Shown piece after piece: positions 1 to 12,350 of a stretch of 64,000 bases of DNA; positions within the stretch are counted from its first letter, which is position 1, and each line of letters begins with the position of its first letter. Made by a program: the position numbers and the translations under genes. Source of the stretch: Octopus vulgaris (Eukaryota). Under the pieces are notes generated by a model that saw only the letters and a program-made list of their open reading frames with translations, had not been told where the DNA came from and ran no database searches. Location of the stretch: assembly GCA_951406725.2 (NCBI GenBank), contig OX597831.1:55676001-55740000 (forward strand). Reading direction: 5' to 3'.

Positions 1-116
1 ATCTTAATAATAATAATTATGGCTTCAAAGTTCGGAGGAGAAGACTAGCACAACGATTGGAGGGGGGGACTAGTCGATTACATCGACCCCAGTGCTCAAC
101 TGGTACTTAATTTATA

Positions 117-350
117 AGGCGGCAAGTTGGCAGAAACGTTAGCACGCCGGGCGAAATGCTTAGAGGTATTTCGTCTGCAGTTACGTTGTGAGTTCAAATT
201 CCGCCGAGGTCGACTTTGCCTTTCATCCTTTCGGGGTCGATAAATTAAGTACCAGTTACGCACTGGAGTCGATGTAATCGACTTAATACCTATGTCTGTC
301 CTTGTTTGTCCCCTCTGTGTTTAGCCCCCCTGTGGGTAATATAGAAATAG
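117..350 (+). mobile_element. tRNA-derived SINE family A (Meta/MESC-like core), representative full copy
   Basis: A-box TGGCAGAAACGTTAG, B-box GAGTTCAAATTCC, core GACTTTGCCTTTCATCCTTTCGGGGTCGATAAA and end AAAGAAATA. There are more than 20 copies or fragments in the window, e.g. 352-487(-), 6215-6420(-), 7140-7510, 8314-8700, 10325-10557, 14801-15035, 19638-19869, 56258-56490(-) and 57255-57370. Confidence 0.9.
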
Positions 351-934
351 GTGCTTAATTTATCGACCCCGAAAGGATGAATAACAAAGTCGACCTTGGC
401 GAGATTTGAACTCAAAACGTGAAGCGGGACGAAATGCTGCTAAACATTTTGTCTGGCTCGCTAATTATTCTACCAGTTCGCCGCTTTGGCAACAACAACA
501 ACAACAACAGCAGCAGCAGCAACAACAACAGCAGCAGGAGTAGCAACAAAACGTTTTGAAGTATTTAGATAATATAAGTGAAAGTCAAGTACTAGAGGTC
601 AACTTAAACTTACCACCACCACCACACCGCAAAATAACTAGTGTTCTTGTGTGTATGGTAGAAATTATTATAATCATATAACAAATTATGTTCGGTCTAT
701 TGGGTGGGGGTTGAAGTTAGCTATTGATCGTGTGTGGAGTCTGATTGTTTCCGTTTCTTTTTATTAATTCAATGACCTCTAATTGAATGTAATATACTTT
801 CTCTTCAGTATCTTCAATCCTGTGCTACTTCGTAACAATTTTATTGAGGATATTGGCTTATCTCATCGCTGTTGATAGTCTCGTGATGTAATACATGCAT
901 ATGCACGAGTTCACACACACGCACTCACTTTCCC

Positions 935-1105
935 ATAAGAATTTTTTGCGTAATAAGATAAAAAACCAAGGCTGTATAGATATTAGAGCATTTATAGATA
1001 GGTCTTACAGCTGTTTCTAGGATATTAATTAATAATATCCTTTCATCGTCTCTAATATCTATACAGCCTTGGTTTTTTTTATCTTATTACGCAAAAAATT
1101 CTTAT
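935..1105. repeat. Inverted repeat (~55 bp arms) enclosing a disrupted hammerhead motif
   Basis: Arms at 935-988 and 1050-1105. The loop on the minus strand reads CGAUGAAAGGAUAUUA..UAAUAUCCUAGAAACAGCUGUAAGACC, and the downstream sequence is homologous to 31231-31298. Confidence 0.8.
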
Positions 1106-1503
1106 ATACACACGCTGACGTAGAACCAACATTTGACGGATATTTGTCCTCAACCGAAACCTCGTGTTAACAACAAACAAGATCAAGGCAAATATACGTC
1201 AAATGTAAATAATGTCAATAATGTACATAATTCCTCATCTCTTAAATATAGAACAGTATTAGAAATATTGTTTACAATGTATTCTGGAGATGTATAACCG
1301 AATATATTAAGAAAAAGACGAGGACTATAGCATTTAAAAAACTATCTTTTCTATTTCATAACTGGATGCCAATGAAATGAAAGTTAACCACCTGGATAAA
1401 AACCAGGTTGAAAGAAAGGAAATCGAGATATTTGTTTACAAGATTTGCATGTTTATCTGGAAATGTGCCAATACTAATGCTCAAGATATATATATATATA
1501 TAT

Positions 1504-2000
1504 AATTTATAAGTAAGGGCAAAAGAAAAAAATTCTAATGCCAAAATATGCCGAAAATAGACACAACGTCAATAACCATGTAATTTATCACTACAAGCAC
1601 GCGTTTCAAAGAAAACCGACAGAAATTTCTTTAAAAATCCCGTTATTACCATATCGGACCCGATTTCAGAGTTAGTTCATAAGAACCTTCAGTGATAAAT
1701 GCGGCAAAGAAATAAGTGAAATACTTATACCCATAAGTTCTTATGAACTAACTCTGAAATCGGGTCCAATATGGTAATAACGGGATTTTTTAGAAATTTC
1801 TGTCGGCTTTCTTCGAAACGCATGCTTGTAGTGATAAATTACATGGTTATTGACGTTATGTCTATTTTCGGCATATTTTGGCATTAGAAATTTTTTCTTT
1901 TGCTCTTACTTATAAATTGTTTATAAATTTAACCTTTAAAGGTATTTTTTAATATGCTGGCCATTGATAGAATTTTTTCCGAAAAATGTTATCCTATATT
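1504..2000. mobile_element. (TA)n-flanked element with ~180 bp inverted arms (Penelope-like pLTR remnant)
   Basis: Arms at 1504-1686 and 1737-1918 with a 50 nt loop. It is the same family as 41868-42298, which has a shorter inverted arm. Confidence 0.75.
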
Positions 2001-2050
2001 AGATGTATATATATATATATATTTCTAATAAATAAATATATATGTATGTG

Positions 2051-2097
<47 letters not shown>

Positions 2098-2099
2098 CT

Positions 2100-2450
2100 T
2101 CTATGCGGCATAAACGCTATTGGGAAAGACTCATGAGATTAAGACTCTATCCCTTAAAGCGTAGGCGAGAAAGATATGCCATAATATACATCTGGAAGAT
2201 CCTGGAAGGACTTGTACCAAACTTTGGCATCGAGAGTTACACAAATACTAGAACTGGGTGCCACTGCATAGTGCCAAGGACTCCAAATTTGCCATCAAGA
2301 TGTAGGACAAGATACTGCAAGAGCCTGGGCTTCAGAGGTCCACAGCTCTTCAATATCCCCCCGAAGGACCTGAGAGACCTGCATGGGGTGGATGTAGGTG
2401 TTTTCAAAATAAAACTGGACCTCTTACTGTCAAGTGTCCCAGATGAACCA
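2100..2450 (+). mobile_element. LINE 3' fragment (CR1/L2-like C-terminus)
   Basis: YWERL..LRLY.L.RRRERYAIIYIWKILEGLVPN...FRGPQLFN..P..LR...FK.KLD..L..VPDEP is a typical CR1/L2-group ORF2 C-terminus. Confidence 0.7.
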
Positions 2451-2451
2451 G

Positions 2452-2810
2452 CTTCGTTCTGTAGCAGTAGGCCTTTTGGTGTACTCAGTTGCCAGCCCAG
2501 GCTCCGCTGTTCATCTACTCCGCAGGGTGGATGAACAGGTTGCGAAGAGCAAACTGTCAAAATATCGGTCGCTCTCTGACAGATTTATAGTCGAGCCTGT
2601 GGCAGTGGATACTCCGGTGTTCTCGGCTCCCAGACCATATCTCTGCTCACCGCTATCGGGGTGAAGATGGCTATCCGCAAACGTGAGGCCCATGTGTCAG
2701 AGTGGTTGTTCCAGCGCATCTCTCTCGCCGTCTTCCAGGGCAACGCCGTTTCCTTTTTGTCTGCTGGGACCAAGAAGTGGTCTGAATTACAGGAAATCGA
2801 GAGACCGTAA
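2452..2810 (+). mobile_element. Non-LTR retrotransposon fragment, restriction-like endonuclease domain (CRE-like)
   Basis: KLSKYRSLSDRFIVEPVAVDT followed by WLFQRISLAVFQGNA (frameshifted). Confidence 0.6.
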
Positions 2811-3289
2811 GAATTTCACCGCTTACTTACATCGTTATATTTCAGGCTAATCATTTATTGACCCTACTTCCTCCAAAGATATGCTTACGAACGATAGTCT
2901 CGACTAAATAGAGGCTTTTATCGAGACTATATAAAGGAGCGTCTCTAATCAAAGAGGAAAAGGATTTGGGCAGAGTTTACCGGTTAATCACCGCCAACTC
3001 CTGTTCTACAACTTCGCCAGCAAACAAACACGACTCAGTAATCGCAGAGTGAAACACACCCAGCTTTATAATTTGTGCAGAAAAACAAAACAGTGAGCTT
3101 CATAAGTTACGTAGGAAAACACACCCATCCATTTCCACTAATAATGTTAAAACCTTTTTAGTATTACGGAGATGTACTTGCATAGCAAGTGACCTGATCT
3201 GAGATCGTGTGCTGGAACGAAAACAATTGCAGTGTGGAAGGTGTTTATAAGCCATTTAAGAAACACACAAAATCCGTTAGATCCGTTAA

Positions 3290-3340
3290 TTTGTCAAAAT
3301 ATTTTCGTCGCTTTGAGACCGCGACCTGTTCACTGACAAA
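3290..3340 (-). ncRNA. Hammerhead-like motif with G3:C8 covariant core
   Basis: The minus strand reads UUUGUCA-GUGAACA-g-GUCGC ggucucaaa GCGAC-GAAA A ua UUU-UGACAAA. Stem I (7 bp) and stem II (5 bp) are perfect, and stem III is palindromic. Confidence 0.65.
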
Positions 3341-3461
3341 ATTCCGATGTATACGATTTCCCCCCACACTGTACAATTACACAGCATTCAGACATACATA
3401 CCTATATAAAATGCTAAGAGTACCAATACTGATAGTAGAGTAAGATAGAAGGATGCTGCTG

Positions 3462-3540
<79 letters not shown>

Positions 3541-4610
3541 AATATAGGGGATTAGTGGAGGGGAGGTACGACGACGAGCTCGGGGCGAACCTGGACGTCG
3601 ACGAGGAATACCTGACCCGCCTGTTCGGGACGACTTTCCGGCCAGGGCCCATGGACAACTTCCAGAGATCCCTGGCCTGGCAGTGCTACCGAGAAGCGCT
3701 ACCCGTTCGGGATAAGCTCTACAGACACGGCTCGAGAAGCACGGGGCCGACCTGCCCGTGATGCGGTCAGAGCGACGAAACCCGTTCTGCACGCACTCGT
3801 GCAGTGTCCAACAATTTCCGACCTGTGGGCTTATGTCTAACAACTGCTGTCACGTGTGGGACGAGTCGGTTTATCAGCTGAGTCTATCGTCAATATTGTC
3901 ACGCCTCCTTCCTTCAAACGGGAAGGAAGAGCTATTTTCATCATCCTTGTGGCTATGGCGAAGGAATGTATCTGGTGGACGCGTCTGAAAGGATTGGAGA
4001 CAAACACTTTCCTCTCTGGTCAATCTCTCATCAACTTCTTCAAGTACCACTTGAAAAGGAAAGTGAGAGTAGAGAGGCAAGTTTTGTCTAGCGAATGTTT
4101 TAAAAAAGATGGTTGAATGTAGCAAGGATGGCACGTATGAATGACGAAGCCACCTTGAGCATAGTCCTATGAACCCAGAAATTGAAAACAGAGGGTTACC
4201 CACTTGCAAACAAATGTGGTAACATATAACAATATTGACCGAGGTTACCGTGGTCTTTTTCGTAGGCTTTTCTTCCCACGGATAAACGTTATCTGCTTTC
4301 CCCTTTACACCGTACATCATGACACTGTGATACACGATCCCTATTGAACGTTTTTTTTCTTCTCCCCCATTTTTCCTCTTTTTTCTTCCTTTTTTATTTT
4401 TCTTTTCCTTTTTTTCCTTTTTTTTCTTTCCTTTTTTTCTTTTTTTCTTTTTCCCCTTTTACGATCCCTTTTAATCGAAAACCTACGCCACTTTTTTTTG
4501 TTTCTTTTGTTTTTTGTTTTTTTTTGTTTTTCTTCATCCCACAAAAGAAAAGCTCTACCTTGTAATTTGTCCCATCTGTGTGCAGCCCTGTGTGGCCAAT
4601 AAAGAAACTT
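3541..4610 (+). mobile_element. Tx1/L1-clade LINE 3' portion inside a (TATC)n tract
   Basis: RSLAWQCYREALPVRDKL...TCP.CGQSDET resembles the C-terminal zinc knuckle. It has a T-rich 3' UTR and ends AATAAAGAAACTT then (ATCT)n. Confidence 0.7.
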
Positions 4611-4630
4611 ATCTATCAATCAATCAATCA

Positions 4631-4697
<67 letters not shown>

Positions 4698-4711
4698 AAT
4701 CTATCTATCTA

Positions 4712-4792
<81 letters not shown>

Positions 4793-5517
4793 GTCTGTCT
4801 ATCTATCTACCGTCACGCACGCACAGGCACGCACGATGCACACACACGCACACATACACGCGCGCGGGCACACACACACATTTTTTTTTATATTGCAGAA
4901 GTTACAAAGTGACTCAAGGGCTTAGAGTTTCTCTGCAGTTTGATAAGTGTCAATGCATATACACATATATACACACACGCAACATACATACATACCACCA
5001 TCTTTGGCACCCAGTGTTGTCCGAAAGAAACAAATAAGTGCGCGCACGCACACCCACACACCCACACAAGTGTATGTATATACTTTGGGTAAAAGAAGAT
5101 ACAGGACTATCTGTTAATTATGATTTCATTCAACATATTCCCCTTTCAGTGTCACACACTTATTGCACCAGTCCTTCAGTTTTTCTAAGTCCTGAAAAAG
5201 CATTCGGAAAGTTTGGCGTTCAGCCAGGCCTTTCGCGACACCCTTAAAGCCAGGAACTTTTCAGCAACCCCTTCGTATATGTGTGTTATAAGCGTGTATA
5301 ACTCGCTAACAAACTCGCAGAACATAGTGCTCATCTTCATCTCGGTTTGGTGACATTCACACCTTTAGGTTTGTAATAGACTTATAACCATCTTTCCTAT
5401 TATTTTCTTGATGTCGAAATCAAAGCATCGTATTGTATGCACTATGGCGCTTATGACATCTATATTGGTTTATCGACCAGTAGAAAATTGTAAATAAAAC
5501 CCTTGTTAAATGCTATC

Positions 5518-5935
5518 TTATTTCTTTGTTGCCCACAAGGGGATAAACATAGAGGGGACAAACAAGGACAGACAAAGGGGTTAAGTCGATTACATCAACC
5601 CCAGTGCGTAACTGGTACTTATTTAATCGACCCCGAAAGGATGAAAGGTAAAGTCGACCTCGGAGGAATTTGAACTCAGAACGTAACGGCAGACGAAATA
5701 CCCATTTCTTTAATACCCACAAGAGGCTAAACACAGAGAGGACAAACAAGGACAGACATAGGTATTAAGTCGATTACATCGACCCCAGTGCGGAACTGGT
5801 ACTTAATTTATCGACCCCGAAAGGATGAAAGGCAAAGTCGACCTCGGCAGAATTTGAACTCAGAACGTAGCGGCAGACGAAATACCGCTAAGCATTTCGC
5901 CCGGCGCGCTAACGTTTCTGCCAGATCGCCGCCTT
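5518..5935 (-). mobile_element. SINE family A head-to-tail dimer
   Basis: Full copy followed by a 5'-truncated copy, junction at ~5700. Confidence 0.88.
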
Positions 5936-6652
5936 TTGTTAAATGCTATCTTGCAGTTTGGTTTATGAGGGAATAAATTTATGTTTTTTAAATTGTTCAT
6001 TCAGCATGTCTTAATGGAACAAACAAAAGGGTCAACGTCAAGCTAACAGACTTGTTTTGTTTTGGGGACAGTGAATGTCAAATCACATATAGCTATGAAT
6101 ACTGATTTTAACTTTTGGCACAAGGCCAGCTATTTAGGAGGCGGGAGTGAGTCAATTATATCGACCCCCGGGCTCAATTGATGTTTATTTTATTCTTTTC
6201 TACTCTAAGCACAAGTCCCGAAGTTTTTTTTTGTTCTTTTCTTTGGGGAGGGGGGCAGTCGATTAGATCGACCCAGTACGCAATTGGTACTTAATTTATA
6301 ATTTATCGACCCCGTAAGGATGAAAGGCAAAGTTAACCTTGGCGGAATTTGAACTCCGAACGTAAAGACGGACGAAATGCCGCTAAGCATTTTGCCTGGC
6401 GAGGTAAAGATTCTGCCAGCTTTACACTTTTAGTTATGAATATTAGCATGTAAAAACTGGGTTGAAAATCCCTTTTGGATAGAAAAGGTGGAAGATTACC
6501 CGTCGAACACGAACCCACGTCTCCTGTAGATATGACAAACGTTCTACCGTTGGACCAAAATAAATCCTTCAAATTTTTTCTATTCTTTTAAAAAGATTCA
6601 TTTTTACCAGCGAGAATCTATGCTGTTAACATCATTAATTTAGAGAGAACTA

Positions 6653-7061
6653 GGGCGGCGAGCTGGCAGAATCGTTAGCGCACCGGGCGAAATGCTCAGC
6701 GGTATTTCGTCTGTCGATACGTTCTGAGTTCAAATTCCGTCGAGGTCGACTTTGCCTTTCATCCTTTCGGGGTCGATTAAATAAGTACCAGTTACGCACT
6801 GGGATCGATTTAATCTGTTTGTCTGTCCTTGTTTGTCCCCTCTGTGTGTAGCTCCTTGTGGGTAGTAAAGAAATAAGAATCGTTAGCGCACCGGGCGAAA
6901 TGCTCAGCGGTGTTTCGTCTGCCGACTTTGCCTTTCATCCTTTCGGTGTCGATTAAATAAGTACCAGTTACGTATTGGGGTCGATGTAATCGACTTAATC
7001 CCTTTGTCTGTCCTTGTTTATCCCCTCTATGTTTAACCCCCTGTGGGCAATAAAGAAATAA
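6653..7061 (+). mobile_element. SINE family A head-to-tail dimer
   Basis: The second unit restarts at AGAATCGTTAG (~6876). Confidence 0.88.
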
Positions 7062-7541
7062 ATAATTTAGAGAGAACTTGAATTTATCTATTTCTCATTC
7101 AGTTATCACAACAAGAAGGACAAGCTGAAAAGTTTTATTTGGCGAGCTGACAGAATCGTCAGCACGCCGGACAAAATGCTTAATGGCATTTTCCGACTCT
7201 TTACGTTTGGAGTTCAAATTTCACCGAGGTCGACTTCGCCTTATATACTTTCGGGATCCACGAAATAAGGATCAGTTGAGCACTAGGGGCGACATAATTG
7301 ACTAGCCCCGTCCCACAAATTTCCTGGCCTTGTGCCTCGTAGTAGAAAGGATTATTCCTAAGGCGACGAGCTGGCAGAATCGTTAGACTGTTGAACAAAA
7401 AGCTTAGAAACATTTCTTTTGGCTACTTACGTTCCGAGTTCAAATAACGCCGAGGTCAACTTTGTCTTTTATCCTTTCGTAGTCGATAAAAGTACTGGAA
7501 TCGATGTAATTGATGTCCGTCATTCTTTTATTCATTCAATG

Positions 7542-8123
7542 TCCGGTAGTTAGTTTATTTGGGCAAAATCCGGAATCTGAGGAAATTAGTTCGAATGAAC
7601 AGTCACGGAAGAATTCTTGAGAAGGAGTGTAGAGTTTAATGATCTAATGTCCGTTTGGGTCATTAGCCTTCGTATGTGAGAGAGAGAGGAGAAAAGAAAA
7701 TAGGACGGACATCTAGTGCTCGTCAAGTACTGGGATTGGTGTAATTAATTAATCACCCCCTTCCTAATATTCCTGGCTTTTACGCCAAAATTTGAAATTA
7801 TATAGATAGATAGCTTAGGTAGGTAGGCAGGTGGGGTTACAGAAATAATAGACATTCATAAAAAATTGAAATAAACAAACAAAAGTAAAACGAGAAAACA
7901 CTTTCTCCCGAGACTGGTTACACAGGCTCGATAGCAAGAATGATAACATATATCCGGTAGTTAGATTATTTGGGCAAAATCCGGAATCTGAGGAAATTAG
8001 CTCGAATGAAAAGTCATGGAAGAATTCTTGAGAAGGAGTGTAGAGTTTGATGATCTAATGTCCGTTTGGGTCATTAGCCTTCGTATGTGAGTGGGAGGAG
8101 AAAAGAAAATAGGGCGGACGTCT
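7542..8123. repeat. Direct repeat of ~170 bp (7542-7714 and 7952-8123)
   Basis: TCCGGTAGTTAG...GGACGTCTA is present twice with few substitutions. Confidence 0.9.
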
Positions 8124-8946
8124 ATTCAAACCTTCGATATAAATGAAAGCAGTTTTTTTTTTTTTTTAGAAAACTGAAAACCTCTGCCTGAAACTATGGG
8201 CTGCCAGGAATCGAACTGACGGTCGTACGATCGTAAAATGAATACCTTAACCACTGTGCCAGACGTCTTCTCCAGAAAATGTGCTGTTGTATTAATATAT
8301 AGATATTTATTAAAGGCGGCGAGCTGGCAGAATCGTTAGCACACCGGGCGAAAAGCTTTGCGGTATTTCGTCTGCCGCTACGTTCTGAGTTCAAATTCCG
8401 CTGAGGTCGACTTTGCCTTTCATCCTTTCGGGGTCGATAAATTAAGCACCAGTTACGTACTAGGGTCGATGTAATCGACTTAATCCGTGTGTCTGTCCTT
8501 GCTTGTCCCTTCTGTGTTTAGCCCCTTGTGGGCAATAAAGAAATAAGAATCGTTTGCTCGCCGGAAAAAAATACTAAGCGACATTTCTTCCGGGTCTTTA
8601 CTTTATGAGTTCAAATTCCGCCGAGGTTCACTTTGCTTTCATCCTCTCGGTGTTTATAAAATAAATACCAATTGGGTACTGGGGTCGATGTAATCGATTA
8701 GCCGCTTTCCTCGATAATTTCAGATTGTGTGTCTCTTGTAGAAAGAATTTTTTCCTGTGAAATAGAGGAATGAAGCAACTCGAAAAGCTCGCTTTGCAAC
8801 TAAGTGGCTTCGTCCCACTACGCGGCACTTTGGGCAAGTGTCACTCACTATAGCCTCAAACCGGCACAGTGCTTTGTAAGTGAAAATGGGGATGGAAACT
8901 GCGTGGATGCCCGTCGTATCTATCTATCTATCTGTCTATCTGTCTA

Positions 8947-8979
<33 letters not shown>

Positions 8980-10883
8980 TTCTCTCTCCTCCCTCTCCCC
9001 ATCCCCCCTCTCCCTATATAACCACCTAGCTAGCCAGTTATATATATGCTTGCTAGTTTTAAGCTTGCTAATTATATGTGAATATATGTGTGTATGTCTC
9101 TGTATTTCTCCGCTCAGTATCCAGTGTTTGTTGTTTCGTTTACGTCTACTTAACATGATTCGACAAAGAAGTCCGATGGGATAAGAACTAGACTTACTCT
9201 TTTACTAACTTTTACTCTTTTACTTGTTTCAATCATTTGACTGTGGACATGCTGGAGCACCGCCTTTAGTTGAGCAAATCGACCCCAGGACTTATTCTTT
9301 GTAAGCCTAGTACTTATTCTATCGGTCTCTTTTGCCGAACCGCTAAGTTGCGGGGACGTAAACACACCGGCATCGGTTGTCAAGTGATGTTGGGGGAACA
9401 AACACATACACACATACATACACACATACATACATACATACATACATACATACATACATACATACACTCACACACACACACACATATACATATATACGAC
9501 GGGCTTCTTTCAGTTTCCGTCTACCAAATCCACCCACAAGGCTGTGGTCGGCCCGAGGCTATAGTAGAAGATACTTACCCAAGGTGCCATGCAGTGGGGA
9601 CTGAACCCGGAACTATGTGGTTGGTAAGCAAGCTACTTACCACACAGCCACTCATACGCCTATACTTGTAAAAAGAAAAACAGAAAAAAAAAAAAAGAAC
9701 TGAGGTCGAACTGTTCGGCGAAACCCTTGAAGATGGTGCTCCAACATGGCCGCAGTTCAGCGACTGAAACAAGTAAAAGATAAAAGAATGAAATGTGTAT
9801 TATAAAAGTGCATATAATCTTGAGGATCTTTTTTCCCTCAATCTCTTACTTCCCTTCTAATCCTTTATCTTTTCACCCTTCTTCGCTCACCTCATATCCT
9901 TCCCTACTCGGGTTTATCATGCATTGTAAATATTCACTGAGGTCAAAATATGATAAGTGATCAACTTCCAGTAGTTTTGACCTTTTGCCGTTCGACAACA
10001 AAATGGAGCTTATTGGCCTAAATTCTCTGTCTGTCGTTATCTGTGTCTGTCTGTGTCTCTTATTCTTTGTTTCATTCAATGTCTGTTTGTCAACTTGTCC
10101 TTTTGTCTCTCCCTGTCTTTCTCTCCCTGTCTTTCTCTCCCTGTCTTTCTCTCCCATCTCTGACCTGGCAATCACTCTCATAACTGTACGCGCTCTGACA
10201 TACAAACATAGACGTTCATATACACACTTGTGCATATTATTTATTAACTGCGGAGTTGCATAAGTGACCCAAATTACGGAGGCTCGGTTGAAGGCATTGG
10301 CAAAGCGGTAAGTAACCTCGTGTGAGGCGGCGAACTGGCAGAAACGTTAGCGCGCCGGGCGAAATGCTTAGCGGTATTTCGTCTGTCGTTACGTTCTGAG
10401 TTCAAATTCCGCCGAGGTCGACTCTGCCTTTCATCCTTTCGGAGTCGATAAATAAAGTACCAGTTTCGCACTGGGGTCGATGTAATCGACTTAATCCGTT
10501 TGTCTGTCCTTGTTTGTCCTCTCTGTGTTTAGCCCCTTGTAGGTAATAAAGACATAGGTAAGTAACCTCGTGCTAGAAAGTGGGTGGGGTGAGTGAGGGG
10601 CTCCCTTCCCATGCTCCCTTCCCATTGTGTATGTATTTGGAGCATTCCAAGAAAAAAACAAGAGGGAAATATGAAAATAAAAATAATAAAATAAAATGAA
10701 ACGCAATATGATAAAATATTTTATTCTGACATTTAATAAATTGCAATATATGCATTATTTCTACTTTTGCAGTGTTTTCTGCTAGTCATATATATATATT
10801 CCGGTCTTTCAAAATGTGACCTCGTGTGTACCGTTGTCGATTTTTTTCCCTCTGTCTTCCCTTCTCTGGATCTTTCCTTCTAT

Positions 10884-10918
10884 GTTTCCGATGAAGAGCT
10901 CCACTCGAAACGTTAAAC
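10884..10918 (+). ncRNA. Minimal hammerhead-like motif (U4C core) in a (TA)n-flanked element
   Basis: GUUU-CCGAUGA-a-GAG cucca CUC-GAAAC GUU-AAAC. The element (10800-11015) lies between TA tracts. Confidence 0.6.
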
Positions 10919-11012
10919 CCTCCTTCTTTCCTTCTTTCCTGAGCGTCCAATAATACTATATTTGTTCCACGTCCTCGCGTTGTGGTGTTTTTTTGTGCTT
11001 TCTTGTTTGGAT

Positions 11013-11072
<60 letters not shown>

Positions 11073-11076
11073 ATAA

Positions 11077-12350
11077 CTGTTGGTTCGAGGAGCATATATT
11101 AACAGCGCCAATGTGGGTGGGTTTACTGCTCTACACCAGGCATGTATTGATGACAAAACTGACATGGTGAAGTTTCTTGTTGAAAATGGTGCTGATGTTA
11201 ATGCCTGTGATAAGGAAGGTTGGGCACTTCTCCATGCTACAGCTTCTTGTGCCTTTACTGACATATCACAATATCTTATCAGCACCAGTGCCAATATAGC
11301 TGCTGTTAACAATGATGGCGATCTTCCTCTTGATATATGTGAGGAAACCAAAATGGAAAAGTTGCTTCTGGAAGAAATGAATCGCCCAGGTGTGGATGCT
11401 AAAGCAGCACGGCGAGAAGAAGAAACGATGCTTTCTGATGCTAATCAATGGTTAAATTCCAATTGTGTGACAGAGCGGCCTCATGCAAAAACAAGTGTTG
11501 TTTGCTCTTCATGTAGCAGCCGCGAATAGCTATATCAGAGTTATGCATTTATTAATCCAAACAAAAGCTAATGAGAATATCAAAGACTCAGATGGTTGGA
11601 CTCCTCTTCATGCAGCAGCTCACAGGGGCCAGGAAAAAGCTTGCAAAATATTAAGTTGGCAATTTCTGTGATATGGACTCAAAATACAATGCAGGGCAAA
11701 CTGCCTTTGATGTTGCTGATACTGGCAGAAACGTAGCCGTATTTCGGTTGCCGTTACGTTGTGAGTTCGAATTCCGCCGAGGTCGACTTTGCCTTTCATC
11801 CTTTCGGGGTCGATAAATTAAGTACCACTTACGCCCTGGGGTCGATGTAATCGACTTAATCCCTATGTCCTTGTTTGTCCCCTCTGTATTTAGCCCCTTG
11901 TGGGTAGTAAAGAAATAGATACTGAATTTCTTTCTTTACTTGAAGAACTCAAAAAGAAACAAGCTTAGGAATAAAACACCCGTACACAAAGATATTGTTG
12001 CTTAAGGAATTCATCCGAAACGAAGGACATCTGTTACACGAATGCGTGTAGATAATAAACACACTGTTGTCCTACAAACATTAGAACAAGAAAAGGCACA
12101 ACCTAAGAACTACAGAAAAGGTGAGGAAGCCAAAAAGTTCAAGTTCAACAAATGGTGAGTCCAGTTCCGAGCCAGAGACAGAACGTCAAAATGAAATTAA
12201 CAAGAACACATCCATCCCCCACACGAATAAGCCAGACTCCCAGCAAACTCCAAGCAGTGTCTCATCAGGAAATGTTTCTGCTGAGTTCACAGTGACCGTG
12301 CTTCCAGAACCGCCAACAGATGACAGATTATCCAGCCACTCGTCCAGCTA
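11077..12350 (+). pseudogene. PPP1R12A: Processed pseudogene of protein phosphatase 1 regulatory subunit 12 (MYPT1-like, ankyrin repeats)
   Basis: TALHQACIDD..DMVKFLVENGA, GVD..AARREEE.ML.DA.QWLNS, ALHVAAA, IKD.DGWTPLHAAAH.GQE.AC.IL, GQTAFDVAD and EELKKKQ follow MYPT1 colinearly with no introns. There are frameshifts near 11500 and 11660, stop codons and a SINE insertion. The copy is 5'-truncated and its 3' boundary is approximate. Confidence 0.9.
11725..11917 (+). mobile_element. SINE family A inserted in the MYPT1 pseudogene
   Basis: TSD GATACTG at 11718-11724 and 11918-11924. Confidence 0.9.

Noticed and set aside
5788-5976. Recurrent short ORFs MRNWYLIYRPRKDERQSRPR... and [14 protein letters not shown]...
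   Set aside because: They are antisense readings of SINE families A and B, not genes.
11080-11671. Functional ankyrin-repeat gene
   Set aside because: Frameshifts, stops, a SINE insertion and the absence of introns indicate a processed pseudogene.
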